Assembly: GCA_038319115.1 (NCBI GenBank)
Contig: JBBQCV010000001.1
Span: 1 to 58,214 of the forward strand
Origin: Burkholderiales bacterium
GTDB lineage: Bacteria > Pseudomonadota > Gammaproteobacteria > Burkholderiales > SG8-39
Length of the DNA stretch: 58,214 bases
Direction of reading: 5' to 3'
Position numbers and translations under genes: made by a program. Position 1 is the stretch's first letter. The number at the start of each line of letters is the position of its first letter. Below are positions 35,640 through 45,790 of the stretch, piece after piece. A model generated the notes under the pieces. That model ran no database searches. It saw only the letters and a list, made by a program, of their open reading frames with translations, and was not told the DNA's origin.

Positions 35640-37304
35640 ATGAATAACCCATCCGAAATCAGGCTGCAGGTGATGTGGAACCGGCTCCTCGCGGTGGTCG
35701 AGGAGCAGGCGCAGACGCTGGTTCGCACCGCGTTCAGCACGCCTGCGCGCGAGGCCGGCGACATTTCGGCCGGCGTGTTCGACGTGCAGGGTCGCATGAT
35801 CGCGCAGGCGGTCACCGGCACGCCCGGGCACGTCAACACCATGGCGGCGGCGGTGCCGCACTTCCTCGCCGCGTTCCCCCTCGACACGATGCGCGAGGGC
35901 GACGTGTTCGTGACCAACGACCCGTGGAAGGGCACCGGCCACCTGTCGGATTTCACCGTCGTGACGCCGGCATTCCGCAATGGGCACGCGGTGGCGATCT
36001 TCGCGTGCACCACCCACGTGGTCGACATCGGCGGCCTGGGCCAGTCACCCGACGGCCGGCAGGTGTACCACGAAGGCCTGTGGGTCCCGATCTGCAGGAT
36101 GTTCTCGCGCGGCGAGGCGAACGATACTTTTTTCGCCATCCTGCGCCAGAACGTGCGCGAGCCGGTGCAGGTCGAGGGTGACATGTACGCGCTGGCCGCA
36201 TGCAACGGAATCGGCGCCAAGCGGCTGCTCGAAATGATGGACGAGCACGCCATGGACGACCTCACGGGGCTGGCCGACTACATCGTGACCCGCAGCCGCG
36301 ACGCGATGCTCGCTTCGCTCGCCGCCCTGCCGAAGGGGTCGGCCTCGTACGCAATGACGATGGACGGGTACGACGAGCCGATCACGCTGCGCGCGCGGCT
36401 GGACCTTTCGGCCGCCGGAGTCGTGGTCGACTTCGCCGGTACCTCGGGGATTTCCGAATACGGCATCAATTGCCCCAAGAACTACACCGACGCCTATACC
36501 GCGTTCGGGGTGAAGTGCATCGTGGGCCCGTCGATCCCGAACAATGCCGGGTCGCTCGCGACGATCCGCATCGAGGCGCCCGAGGGATGCATCGTCAATG
36601 CGAAGCCGCCCAGCCCGGTGATGGCGCGCGCGATCATCGGCCACATGCTGCCCGACGTAGTGTTCGGCTGCCTGCACCAGCTCGTGCCGGGGAAAGTGCC
36701 GGCCGAAGGTGCGGCCTCGCTGTGGTCGGTCAAGCTCGGGGCAGGGCCGGGCATCGCAGCCGGGGCTTCGCGCGGCACCGGTGCCAGCACATTCAACGTC
36801 ACCAGTTTCCACAGCGGCGGGGTGGGTGCGCGCCCCAGCCTGGATGGCCTGTCGGCGACGCCATTCCCCAGCGGCGTGCGCATGGTCCCGATCGAGATCA
36901 CCGAGGCAATTTCGCCGCTGGTGGTGTGGCGCAAGGAATACCGGCAGGACTCCGGCGGCGCGGGCCGGTTCCGTGGCGGCCTGGGGCAGGTCATGGAGAT
37001 CGGCAGCCGCGAAGCCGAGCCGTTCGCGATCTTCGCCACCTTCGACCGCACCCAGTTTGCGCCGCGCGGTTGCGAAGGCGGCGGCGATGGCGCGCTGGGC
37101 GGCATCGCGCTCAAGTCGGGCGCTAAACTGCGTTCCAAAGGGCGGCAGACGATTCCGGCCGGTGAGGTGCTGGTGCTCGAAATGCCCGGCGGGGGCGGCT
37201 ATGGTGCGCCCTCGGAGCGTGACCCCGCGGCGGTGGAATCGGACTTGCGCGCCGGGTTCGTGAGTGCGCAAGCTGCGCGTGACTTGTATGGACGCAAAAG
37301 TTAG
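35640..37304 (+). CDS. HyuB-like hydantoinase B/oxoprolinase (mirror copy)
   Basis: Mirror copy of 20911..22575; identical translation; palindrome caveat. Confidence 0.9.
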   Translation: MNNPSEIRLQVMWNRLLAVVEEQAQTLVRTAFSTPAREAGDISAGVFDVQGRMIAQAVTGTPGHVNTMAAAVPHFLAAFPLDTMREGDVFVTNDPWKGTGHLSDFTVVTPAFRNGHAVAIFACTTHVVDIGGLGQSPDGRQVYHEGLWVPICRMFSRGEANDTFFAILRQNVREPVQVEGDMYALAACNGIGAKRLLEMMDEHAMDDLTGLADYIVTRSRDAMLASLAALPKGSASYAMTMDGYDEPITLRARLDLSAAGVVVDFAGTSGISEYGINCPKNYTDAYTAFGVKCIVGPSIPNNAGSLATIRIEAPEGCIVNAKPPSPVMARAIIGHMLPDVVFGCLHQLVPGKVPAEGAASLWSVKLGAGPGIAAGASRGTGASTFNVTSFHSGGVGARPSLDGLSATPFPSGVRMVPIEITEAISPLVVWRKEYRQDSGGAGRFRGGLGQVMEIGSREAEPFAIFATFDRTQFAPRGCEGGGDGALGGIALKSGAKLRSKGRQTIPAGEVLVLEMPGGGGYGAPSERDPAAVESDLRAGFVSAQAARDLYGRKS

Positions 37305-37312
37305 GAAAACCC

Positions 37313-37801
37313 ATGGCCCACACCCTGCACCCGATCCACTCGAGCCTGGCACTGGAAATCGCCGAACGCATCGTCGACGCTGCCCTCGCGGCCCGACGCA
37401 AGGAGGGCCTCATGCCCCTTGCGGTGGCGGTGCTCGACGCGGGTGGCGGGCTGGTGGCTTATAAGCGCGAAGACGGTTCGGGCCTGATGCGCTTCGACAT
37501 CGCGTTTGGCAAGGCCTGGGCAAGTCTTGGCATGGGAATGTCGACGCGGTTGATTCGCGACCGCCTCGGCCAGCGCCCCGCGTTCCAAGGCGCACTCGCC
37601 TCGGTGTCAGACGGGCGTTTCATCCCCGTGCCCGGTGGCGTGCTGGTGCTCGATGCCGGCGGCACTGCCATCGGCGCGGTCGGTATCAGCGGCGATGCGT
37701 CCGACAAGGATGAGTACTGCGCGATCGAGGCCATTCGCTCGGTCGGGCTCGCGAGCGAACCGGCCGCGCCGAACCCGGAATGGCGCGCGGCCGGCCTTTG
37801 A
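37313..37801 (+). CDS. GlcG/HbpS-family protein (mirror copy)
   Basis: Mirror copy of 20414..20902; identical translation; palindrome caveat. Confidence 0.8.
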   Translation: MAHTLHPIHSSLALEIAERIVDAALAARRKEGLMPLAVAVLDAGGGLVAYKREDGSGLMRFDIAFGKAWASLGMGMSTRLIRDRLGQRPAFQGALASVSDGRFIPVPGGVLVLDAGGTAIGAVGISGDASDKDEYCAIEAIRSVGLASEPAAPNPEWRAAGL

Positions 37802-37829
37802 TCCCATTTTCGTCCCAGGAGGATTCACG

Positions 37830-38816
37830 ATGAAACGGTTTGCACTATTGAAGATTGCGGCGGTCGCCCTCGCCGCACTGTGCGCGGTGCATGGGGCATC
37901 GGCCCAGACCGCGTACCCGACCAAGCCGTTGCGCCTGGTGGTGCCGTTCCCGCCGGGCGGGCCGACCGACGTTTTCGGGCGCTCGTATGCAGCGCGCCTC
38001 TCGGCCGTGCTGGGCCAGCCGGTGGTGGTCGACAACAAGTCGGGCGCGAGCGGCATCGTCGGCATCCTCGACGTGAAGCGCAGTGCCCCGGACGGCTATA
38101 CGCTGGGGTTTGGCACCGCGTCCACCAACTGCATGTACCCGCTGCTCACCGACAAGCCGCTGTACGACGTGCTCACCGACTTCGTCCCGGTGGCCGTGGT
38201 CGGCGGCGCGACCATCGTGTTCACCGCCAACCCGTCGTTGCCACCGACGCTCAAGGGCGTCATGGACGCGGCGCGCGCGCAGCCGGGCAAGCTCCAGTAC
38301 GGCTCGCCCGGCACCGGCACGCTCATGCAGATCAGCGTCGAGCGCCTCAAGCACGAGACCGGCGCCGACCTGCAGCACATCCCGTTCCGCGGCAGCGCGC
38401 CCTCGATGCAGGCGCTGCTCGGCGGGCAGATCGCGTTCTCGGTGGATACCATCGGCTCGGCGCTGCAGAACCACAAGGCGGGTCGCATCCGCGTGCTGGC
38501 CCTGGCGAGCTCGCGGCGTTCGGCGCTGCTGCCCGACGTCCCCACGGTGGACGAGGCGATCGGCACCAAGGGCTTCGAGGCGCTGCTGTGGAACGTGATC
38601 GTGGTGCCCGCCGGCACGCCGCCGGCGATCGTCGAGGCGCTTTCGCAGGCGACCGCCAAGGTAATGGGCGACCGCGCGATGCAGGAGCAGCTCATCGGCC
38701 TGGGCATCGAACCGACCACGGGTTCCAATCCGGTGGCGGCGGCCGCCTACATCCGCGCCGAGCAGGCGCGCTGGAAGCCGGTCATCGTGTCGAGCGGGAT
38801 CAAGATAGCCGAGTGA
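37830..38816 (+). CDS. Bug-family substrate-binding protein (mirror copy)
   Basis: Mirror copy of 19399..20385; ATG at 37830 preceded by aggagg; palindrome caveat. Confidence 0.9.
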   Translation: MKRFALLKIAAVALAALCAVHGASAQTAYPTKPLRLVVPFPPGGPTDVFGRSYAARLSAVLGQPVVVDNKSGASGIVGILDVKRSAPDGYTLGFGTASTNCMYPLLTDKPLYDVLTDFVPVAVVGGATIVFTANPSLPPTLKGVMDAARAQPGKLQYGSPGTGTLMQISVERLKHETGADLQHIPFRGSAPSMQALLGGQIAFSVDTIGSALQNHKAGRIRVLALASSRRSALLPDVPTVDEAIGTKGFEALLWNVIVVPAGTPPAIVEALSQATAKVMGDRAMQEQLIGLGIEPTTGSNPVAAAAYIRAEQARWKPVIVSSGIKIAE

Positions 38817-38854
38817 GCGGCGCGGCATAGGTTTCTTCGCCCAAGGAGGCCGTC

Positions 38855-40462
38855 ATGCAGAGCACGATGATGCGGGACCCGCTGTCGCTCAACCTGCTGC
38901 TCGAGCGCGCCGGCCGGCTGTTCCCCGAATCGCAGATCGTTTCGCGCCTGCCAGACAAGTCGCTGCGCCGCCACACTTATGCGCAGTACTACCGCCGCAC
39001 GCGCCAGCTTGCCGCGGCGCTGCAGGGCCTGGGCCTGAAGAAGGGCGAGCGCGTGGCGACGCTGTGCTGGAACCACCACGCGCACCTCGAATGCTATTTC
39101 GGCATCCCGGCCGCGAGCGGGGTCATGCACACCCTCAACCTGCGCCTGTCGCCGGACGAGATCGGCTGGATCGCGGCCGATGCGGGCGACCGCTTCCTCA
39201 TCGTCGACGATATCCTGCTGCCGCTCTACAAGCAGTTCGCCGCCAGGCACGCCTTCGAGCGCGTCATCGTGTTCCCGTTCTCAGGCGCGCCCGTGGCGGC
39301 CGGGTTCACCGACTACGAGGTGCTGCTCGCATCGGCGCCCGACGAGTTCGAGTACGCGCCGCACGACGAAAACGACGCCGTGGCGATGTGCTACACGAGC
39401 GGCACCACCGGCCGCTCCAAGGGCGTGGTGTATTCGCACCGCTCGACCGTGCTGCACACATTGGTGGCGTGCCTGCCCGAATACTGGGGCCTCGAGGGGC
39501 GCGACGTTCTGCTGCCGGTGACGCCGATGTTCCATGCCAATTGCTGGGGCGTGCCGTATGCCGCGGTCATGCTCGGCACCCGGCTCGTGTTCCCCGGCCC
39601 CCACCTGCATCCGGAGGACCTGCTCGACCTCATCAATGCCGAGCCCCCCACGATGGCGCTGGGCGTGCCGACCATCTGGCTCACGCTCATCCAGGCGCTG
39701 GAGGCCAACCCACAAAAATGGAGCCTGCCCAAGGGCATGCGCAGCCTCGTGGGCGGCGCCGCCGTGCCCGAGTCGCTGATCCGCGGATTCGCGCGGCATG
39801 GCGTGCGCATCGCGCAAGGCTGGGGCATGACCGAGACTTCGCCCCTTGCAACGCTCAGTTACATCAAGCCCGAACTTTCCGGTGCGTCGGAGGATGAGCA
39901 GTTCCGTCTCGCGGCCACCGCGGGGGTGACCGTGCCGCTGGTGGAACTGCGGCTGGTGGGCGACGACGGCATCGCGCCGCACGACGGCAAGAGCGTCGGC
40001 GAAGTGCAGGTGCGCGGTCCGTTCATCACCGGGAGCTACTACAACGTGGCAAACGATGCGAGCAAGTTCACCGACGACGGCTGGCTGCGCACGGGCGACG
40101 TGGCGAAGATGGATGCGCATGGCTACCTGCACATCACCGACCGCACCAAGGACCTGATCAAGTCGGGCGGCGAGTGGATCAGTTCGGTCGATCTCGAGAA
40201 TGCCCTCATGGCGCATCCCGGCGTCGCCGAAGCCGCCGTGATCGCGGTGCCGCACGAGAAATGGGGCGAGCGGCCGCTCGCGTGCGTGGTCGCCAAGCCT
40301 GGCCAGTCGGTGAGCGCTGCCGAGCTCAACGAAGCGCTGGCGAAGAAATTCGCCAAGTGGCAGTTGCCGGACCGTTACGAATTCCTCGATGCGATCCCGC
40401 GCACCTCGACCGGGAAATTCTGGAAGATGAAATTGCGCGAGCGGTTCGCCAAGCGCGCCTAG
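38855..40462 (+). CDS. AMP-dependent acyl-CoA ligase (mirror copy)
   Basis: Mirror copy of 17753..19360; identical translation; palindrome caveat. Confidence 0.9.
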   Translation: MQSTMMRDPLSLNLLLERAGRLFPESQIVSRLPDKSLRRHTYAQYYRRTRQLAAALQGLGLKKGERVATLCWNHHAHLECYFGIPAASGVMHTLNLRLSPDEIGWIAADAGDRFLIVDDILLPLYKQFAARHAFERVIVFPFSGAPVAAGFTDYEVLLASAPDEFEYAPHDENDAVAMCYTSGTTGRSKGVVYSHRSTVLHTLVACLPEYWGLEGRDVLLPVTPMFHANCWGVPYAAVMLGTRLVFPGPHLHPEDLLDLINAEPPTMALGVPTIWLTLIQALEANPQKWSLPKGMRSLVGGAAVPESLIRGFARHGVRIAQGWGMTETSPLATLSYIKPELSGASEDEQFRLAATAGVTVPLVELRLVGDDGIAPHDGKSVGEVQVRGPFITGSYYNVANDASKFTDDGWLRTGDVAKMDAHGYLHITDRTKDLIKSGGEWISSVDLENALMAHPGVAEAAVIAVPHEKWGERPLACVVAKPGQSVSAAELNEALAKKFAKWQLPDRYEFLDAIPRTSTGKFWKMKLRERFAKRA

Positions 40463-40498
40463 CCGTCCCGGCACACGGGGGGCGGTCCGCTCCCGGCC

Positions 40499-41479
40499 CT
40501 AGTCGACCTTGGCGCCCGCAGCCTTGACGATGGCGGGCCACCGCGCGAGGTCTTCGCGCACGAACTTCGCAAACTCCGCAGGACTCGCACTCGGGGCAAT
40601 CTCCATACCGGCCGCAGCCAAGCGCTCGCTCACCGCGGGCTGGCGGATGGCCTTGGTGAGTTCGGTGTACAGCTTCGCAATGACGGCCGGTGGCGTGCCG
40701 GCAGGGGCTGCCACGCCATACCACTGCAGGGTTTCGAATCCCGGGAGGCCCGATTCGGCCACTGTGGGTACATTCGGTAACAGCGCGACGCGCTGCCGGC
40801 CGGTGACCGCGAGGGCCTTGAGCTTGCCCGACTTGAGGTGCGGCAGCGCCGGTGCGAGGCCGAGGATGGCGAGCTTCACCTGTCCGCCCACCACGTCGCC
40901 GATCGCCTGGCCGCCGCCCTTGTACGGGATGTGGGTGATCTGCAGGTTGCCGGCCATGAGCTTGAGCAGTTCGACGCCCAGGTGCTGGGCGGTGCCGTTG
41001 CCGGGCGATGCGTAGCTGAGCTGCCCCGGGTCCTTTTTCGCCGCCGCGATGAGTTCCTTCACGCTGTTGATCGGCAGCGACGGATGCGCGACGAGGATGT
41101 GCGAGCCGGTCACCAGCGCGGTGATCGGCACGAAATCCTTCAGCACGTCGTGGTTGAGCTTGGAGTAGAGCGCCGGGGCGATGGTGTTGTTGTCGCCGAG
41201 CATGAGCAGCGTGTAGCCGTCCGGGGTGGCGCGCGCGACGAGGTCGGTGCCGATGTTACCGCCGCCGCCGGCGCGGTTCTCGATGATCACCGACTGCCCC
41301 ACGCTCTCCTGCAGCGGTGCGGCCACCGAGCGCGCGGTGAGGTCCATGACCCCGCCGGGTGCGAACGGCGCGATCAAATGGATGGGTTTCGTGGGATAGT
41401 TCTGCGCAACCGCCACGCACGGCGCAAGCATTGCGGCGAGCAGGGCGGGGCGGACCAACTTGCGGAAGCGGCTATACAT
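40499..41479 (-). CDS. Bug-family substrate-binding protein (mirror copy)
   Basis: Mirror copy of 16736..17716; palindrome caveat. Confidence 0.9.
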   Translation of the reverse strand: MYSRFRKLVRPALLAAMLAPCVAVAQNYPTKPIHLIAPFAPGGVMDLTARSVAAPLQESVGQSVIIENRAGGGGNIGTDLVARATPDGYTLLMLGDNNTIAPALYSKLNHDVLKDFVPITALVTGSHILVAHPSLPINSVKELIAAAKKDPGQLSYASPGNGTAQHLGVELLKLMAGNLQITHIPYKGGGQAIGDVVGGQVKLAILGLAPALPHLKSGKLKALAVTGRQRVALLPNVPTVAESGLPGFETLQWYGVAAPAGTPPAVIAKLYTELTKAIRQPAVSERLAAAGMEIAPSASPAEFAKFVREDLARWPAIVKAAGAKVD

Positions 41480-41491
41480 GCCGCCTATCAT

Positions 41492-43033
41492 ATGACGAAA
41501 CGACCCAATATCCTCCTCATCACCTCCGACCAGCATCGCGCCGACTGCTTCGGTATCCAGAACCCGGCCGTGCGAACGCCGCACCTCGACCGCCTGGCGC
41601 AGTCGGGCACGCGTTTCTCGGCCTGCATCACGCCCAACCTCGTGTGCCAGCCTTCGCGTGCCTCGATCCTCACCGGCCAGTTGCCGCTTACGCACGGGGT
41701 GTGGGACAACGGCGTGGACCTCGACCCGCGCGTCGGTGAGAAAGGCTTCGCCGGCACGCTCGCGCAGTCGGGCTACGACACGCTGTACCTGGGCAAGGCG
41801 CACTTCGCCACCAAGGCGACCTTCCAGCCCACCGGCACGCCCGAGTGCATGCGCAGCGGCGCAAAGTTCGGCGACGCCTGGCGCGGGCCGTACATGGGCT
41901 TCGAGCACGTGGAACTCATCGTGCTGGGGCACATCAACAACCCGATGCCGCTCGAGCGCCCGCCTGTGGGCCACTATGAGCGCTGGCTCCTGTCGCGCGG
42001 GGACGAGGAATCGATGATCGCGCTGTGCACTGCAGCCACCGGCCCGGACACCGGCGGCGCGGCGCAGACCTGGCATTCGGCGTTGCCGTGCGCCTGGCAT
42101 TCGAGCGCCTGGCTTGGCGACCGCACCGTGAGCTGGCTCGAGCAGCGCGATGCGTCCAAGCCGTTTTGCGCGTGGGTCTCGTTTCCCGATCCGCACCAGC
42201 CTTTCGACTGCCCGGTGCCGTGGAGCCTGCTGCACGACCCGAAGGACGTGCCCCTGCCGGCCACGCGCGGCGAAGATCCCTTCCTGCGCCCGTGGTGGTA
42301 CAAGGCCACGCTCGAGGGCACGCCGCAGCTGGCCGACGCGGAATTCCGTCACCTGCGCGCCAAGGTCTCGCGCATGCCGCGCCAGACCGACGCGCAGCTC
42401 GCGCAGATGACGGCGAACTACTACGGCATGATTTCGCTCATCGACCACAACGTCGGGCGGATCCTGTCCAGGCTCGCCGACCTGGGGCTGGAGGAAGACA
42501 CGCTCGTGGTGTTCACCACCGACCATGGCGAGATGCTCGGCAACCACGGGCTCTACCTCAAGGGGCCCTGGCCGCTCGAGGATCTGCTTCGGGTCAACAT
42601 GCTCGCCGCGGGCCCCGGCGTGGCGAGCGGTCGCGTGGTCGACGAGCCGGTGTCCACGCTCGACCTCGCCGCCACTTTCTGCGAAATGGCCGGCGTGGAG
42701 CCGGCGCTGCCGCAGCAGGGCCGGTCGCTTGCGACACTGCTGGGCGGAGGCGAGGAAACCCGCAACGCGGCGTGGAGCGAGTGGCACGTTCACCCCTCGC
42801 GCTGCGGCGTGGCGCTGCAACTGCGCACGGTGCGCACCAAAACGCACAAGGCAACCTTCGAGTTGGGCAGCGGTGCGGGGGAACTGTACGACCTCGTGAA
42901 CGACCCGGCCGAGACGGTCAACCGCTTCGGCGACCCGGCTTATGCGAGCGTGCAAAAGCGCCTGCACGACCTCATGCGCGAGCGCCCCGGGAAGGTCGCG
43001 GAAACACTCGGCGAGCCGATCGGCATGGCCTGA
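41492..43033 (+). CDS. Cys-type sulfatase (mirror copy)
   Basis: Mirror copy of 15182..16723; ATG at 41492; palindrome caveat. Confidence 0.85.
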   Translation: MTKRPNILLITSDQHRADCFGIQNPAVRTPHLDRLAQSGTRFSACITPNLVCQPSRASILTGQLPLTHGVWDNGVDLDPRVGEKGFAGTLAQSGYDTLYLGKAHFATKATFQPTGTPECMRSGAKFGDAWRGPYMGFEHVELIVLGHINNPMPLERPPVGHYERWLLSRGDEESMIALCTAATGPDTGGAAQTWHSALPCAWHSSAWLGDRTVSWLEQRDASKPFCAWVSFPDPHQPFDCPVPWSLLHDPKDVPLPATRGEDPFLRPWWYKATLEGTPQLADAEFRHLRAKVSRMPRQTDAQLAQMTANYYGMISLIDHNVGRILSRLADLGLEEDTLVVFTTDHGEMLGNHGLYLKGPWPLEDLLRVNMLAAGPGVASGRVVDEPVSTLDLAATFCEMAGVEPALPQQGRSLATLLGGGEETRNAAWSEWHVHPSRCGVALQLRTVRTKTHKATFELGSGAGELYDLVNDPAETVNRFGDPAYASVQKRLHDLMRERPGKVAETLGEPIGMA

Positions 43034-43104
43034 AACGACGCGGCGGTGCGCGCCCGGGACCGCTCTCTACCCTGAGTCACGACGCTGGAATATTCGCCTC
43101 GCTG

Positions 43105-44022
43105 CTAGCTTCCCAGCGTCACGATCGCCACTCCCATCGCCAACAGCGCCATGCCGGCGAGTTCGAGCCGTGAAAGCCGCTCGCGAAACAGGCGCCGCGA
43201 CACGATCGAAGCGAACACCAATTCCACCAGGCCCAGCGTGCGCACATGCGCGACCGGCTCGATCGCCATCGCGGTGAACCATCCGGCCGAGGCCGCCGCG
43301 CCCATGAGGCCGGCGAACAGCGAGCGCCGCCAGGCGCGGAGCACACGCACGACCACTGGCGGGTTGCGCGCGAGCAGCCATCCGCCGAGCGCGATGGTCT
43401 GCAGCGCCTGGGCGGCGACGAGGGTTACCGCGGCCGACATCATGAAGGGGGTGTCCGCAAGCGACAGCGCCGCGCCGCGAAAGCCGATCGCCGAAAACGC
43501 GAAGAACGTTCCCGAAGCCATCCCGAGCAGCGCCGGTGTCGAAGTCCATCCGGCCAGCATGGTGCGAAGCGGCCGCTCGCGGTCGGCCGGGGACAGCAGC
43601 AGGACGCCGAGCGTGCCGCAGGCGACCGCAAGCGCGGTGGCGGCCGTGAGCGGGTCGCCGAGCACCAGCAGCCCGAACAGGGCGACCTGCAGGATCTCGG
43701 TCTTGGAATACGCCACGCCGAGGGTGAAGTTGCGCTCCGCCATCACGCGCAGCAGCAACGCGGTGGCGATGATCTGGCTGAGGGCGCCGAAGCTCACCCA
43801 CGCCGCGAACATGAGGTTCGGCGCCGGCATTGCGTACCCTCCCGCGGCTTGAACGCCGACGAGCCACAGGATCGCGAAAGGCAGCCCGTACAGGAATCGC
43901 ACCAACGTGGCGCCGAGCGTGCCGAGTTCCTGGACCAGGCTGCGTTGCGCGGCATTGCGCAGTGTCTGGGCAAACGCCGCCCAGACCGTGACCGGGATCC
44001 AGAGCCACTCGGGCGGGCTCAT
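43105..44022 (-). CDS. EamA/DMT-family transporter (mirror copy)
   Basis: Mirror copy of 14193..15110; palindrome caveat. Confidence 0.7.
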   Translation of the reverse strand: MSPPEWLWIPVTVWAAFAQTLRNAAQRSLVQELGTLGATLVRFLYGLPFAILWLVGVQAAGGYAMPAPNLMFAAWVSFGALSQIIATALLLRVMAERNFTLGVAYSKTEILQVALFGLLVLGDPLTAATALAVACGTLGVLLLSPADRERPLRTMLAGWTSTPALLGMASGTFFAFSAIGFRGAALSLADTPFMMSAAVTLVAAQALQTIALGGWLLARNPPVVVRVLRAWRRSLFAGLMGAAASAGWFTAMAIEPVAHVRTLGLVELVFASIVSRRLFRERLSRLELAGMALLAMGVAIVTLGS

Positions 44023-44044
44023 GTGAAAGCGTCCCGTGGTGTGC

Positions 44045-45676
44045 TCATGCCACGCCTACGGCCCTGAGCACCGGCAGCCGGATGCGCGCGAACGCGCGCG
44101 CGGCGGAGCGCAGCAGGGCAGGATCGCCTGCGCCCATGCTTTCCCACGCATGGCGGGCCCATTCGTCGTGGTCTTGCAGGCCTTGCAAGCGGGCGCGCAG
44201 GAACAGCATTTCCTCGCGCGCAACCGCCACCCCGGCGCCCAAGAGCGGCGAGGCCAGCGCGGTGATCTCGGTCGCGGTGGCGGCGCGTTTGAGGATGAGC
44301 GCGTTCAGTCCGGCGCAGCGGCGGGCCGCCAGCGCGCGGTCGGCCGGTGGCTGTGTCGGGTGCAGGCAGCCCGCGTCGGTCAGCACCAGCGCGGCCTGCG
44401 CGAGTTGTGCGCCACCCAGGTGCCGGCATTCCGGGTGGGCCGCAAGGTCGCGGAGCGACTTGGGCGCGTAGTCCTGCGCGGCCATGGCGATTGCGAACGG
44501 GCGGTACACCTCGGCGGGCAGCGCGTACCTGGTGCGCCCGATCTGGGCGCTGCCCGGCAGGTAATCGGGATGCTGGAGCAAAACGAAGCGCACATCCGCG
44601 ATGTTCTCGTACGGAGCGCCGGCTGCGCGGAGGGGGCCGTTGCGCACGAAGATGTCGCTGCGAAAAGACCGGTGCGCGACCAGGTCGAGGACGGCCTCGC
44701 GCAGGGCAGGTTGCGCGATCGACTCAATGACATCGCGCGCGGCCGCGGCGAAGCCGGTGGCTTCGGCTTGTTCGGCGAGGCCGGTGCTGGTGGCGAACTC
44801 GAGGCCCGCCCCGGCCATCGCCTGCGCCACTTCGTCGGAGGTGGCCGGATGCCAGTCGCGGTTGAAGTATTCGTGCGCGAGGTAGGCGCGGTCCTGACGC
44901 TGCAGGCGTTCCAGCCATGCCCCCAGCCGCGGGTGCGCATCGAAGTAGCCTGCGCCCGCCTCGTGCAGGCACTGCACGAATCCAAGCGCCGAATCGATCC
45001 TTGCGGAGAGGGGCTGGTCCGCGGGTGCGAGCGACGCATGCAGCGTCAAGAGCCGCCGCAGCGGAATCTCCGCGGCCCATCCGGGCAGGCAGTTGTAGCT
45101 GACGAGGCACGCGCCGCCGGGAGCGAGGTGGCGGCGCAGGATCTCCACCACGAGGTGGCGGTTCGCAGCCGATATCCATGACCAGGTGCCATGCAGCGTG
45201 ATGTGGTCGAACTGCACACCAACGCGACGGGCGAGGAAACTCTCGAAGGAGTCATCCGAGACACGCACTGCGGCAGTGGAGGCGGCGGCGAGCTCCCTGG
45301 CGTTCGCGGCGTGCCGTGGATTGAAGTCGACTCCCTCGAACGCGCCGGGGCAGGCTGCCGCATGGATGTTGAGCGAAACGCCCTGGCCGATGGCGAGCTC
45401 GAGGTAGCGGGGCGCCGGATTGGCGGGGGGCGCGATGCCGCGCGCGGCACACGCAAGCGCGATGCGCGCAGGCGCGAGCACGGGACAGTAGCGGTAGGTA
45501 TAGTCGAGCGCCGTGACATAGCCTTCGTCCGGCGCGTGCCCGGCGGCGGTGCCGGTCATTCCTTCGTGCGCTGTTGCCTCGTCCTGCATGTGAACCGGCC
45601 CGGCGTCCTGTGCTGCCAGTGCGCATTTTAGCGGCCCGCCCGCGATGGCCTGCCGATTGCATTGCAGTTTCGGCAT
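44045..45676 (-). CDS. Methyltransferase-regulatory-domain protein (mirror copy)
   Basis: Mirror copy of 12539..14170; palindrome caveat. Confidence 0.7.
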   Translation of the reverse strand: MPKLQCNRQAIAGGPLKCALAAQDAGPVHMQDEATAHEGMTGTAAGHAPDEGYVTALDYTYRYCPVLAPARIALACAARGIAPPANPAPRYLELAIGQGVSLNIHAAACPGAFEGVDFNPRHAANARELAAASTAAVRVSDDSFESFLARRVGVQFDHITLHGTWSWISAANRHLVVEILRRHLAPGGACLVSYNCLPGWAAEIPLRRLLTLHASLAPADQPLSARIDSALGFVQCLHEAGAGYFDAHPRLGAWLERLQRQDRAYLAHEYFNRDWHPATSDEVAQAMAGAGLEFATSTGLAEQAEATGFAAAARDVIESIAQPALREAVLDLVAHRSFRSDIFVRNGPLRAAGAPYENIADVRFVLLQHPDYLPGSAQIGRTRYALPAEVYRPFAIAMAAQDYAPKSLRDLAAHPECRHLGGAQLAQAALVLTDAGCLHPTQPPADRALAARRCAGLNALILKRAATATEITALASPLLGAGVAVAREEMLFLRARLQGLQDHDEWARHAWESMGAGDPALLRSAARAFARIRLPVLRAVGVA

Positions 45677-45790
45677 ATCGCTTGACAGCGCCGGACCGCC
45701 TGCGAGAATGGTTTTTCATTGCGCCGCGGTGCCCGGGCGAGCCCGGCCCCGGCGCACCCTGCCGGTTCCAGGCGTCCAAGGAGAGACCAC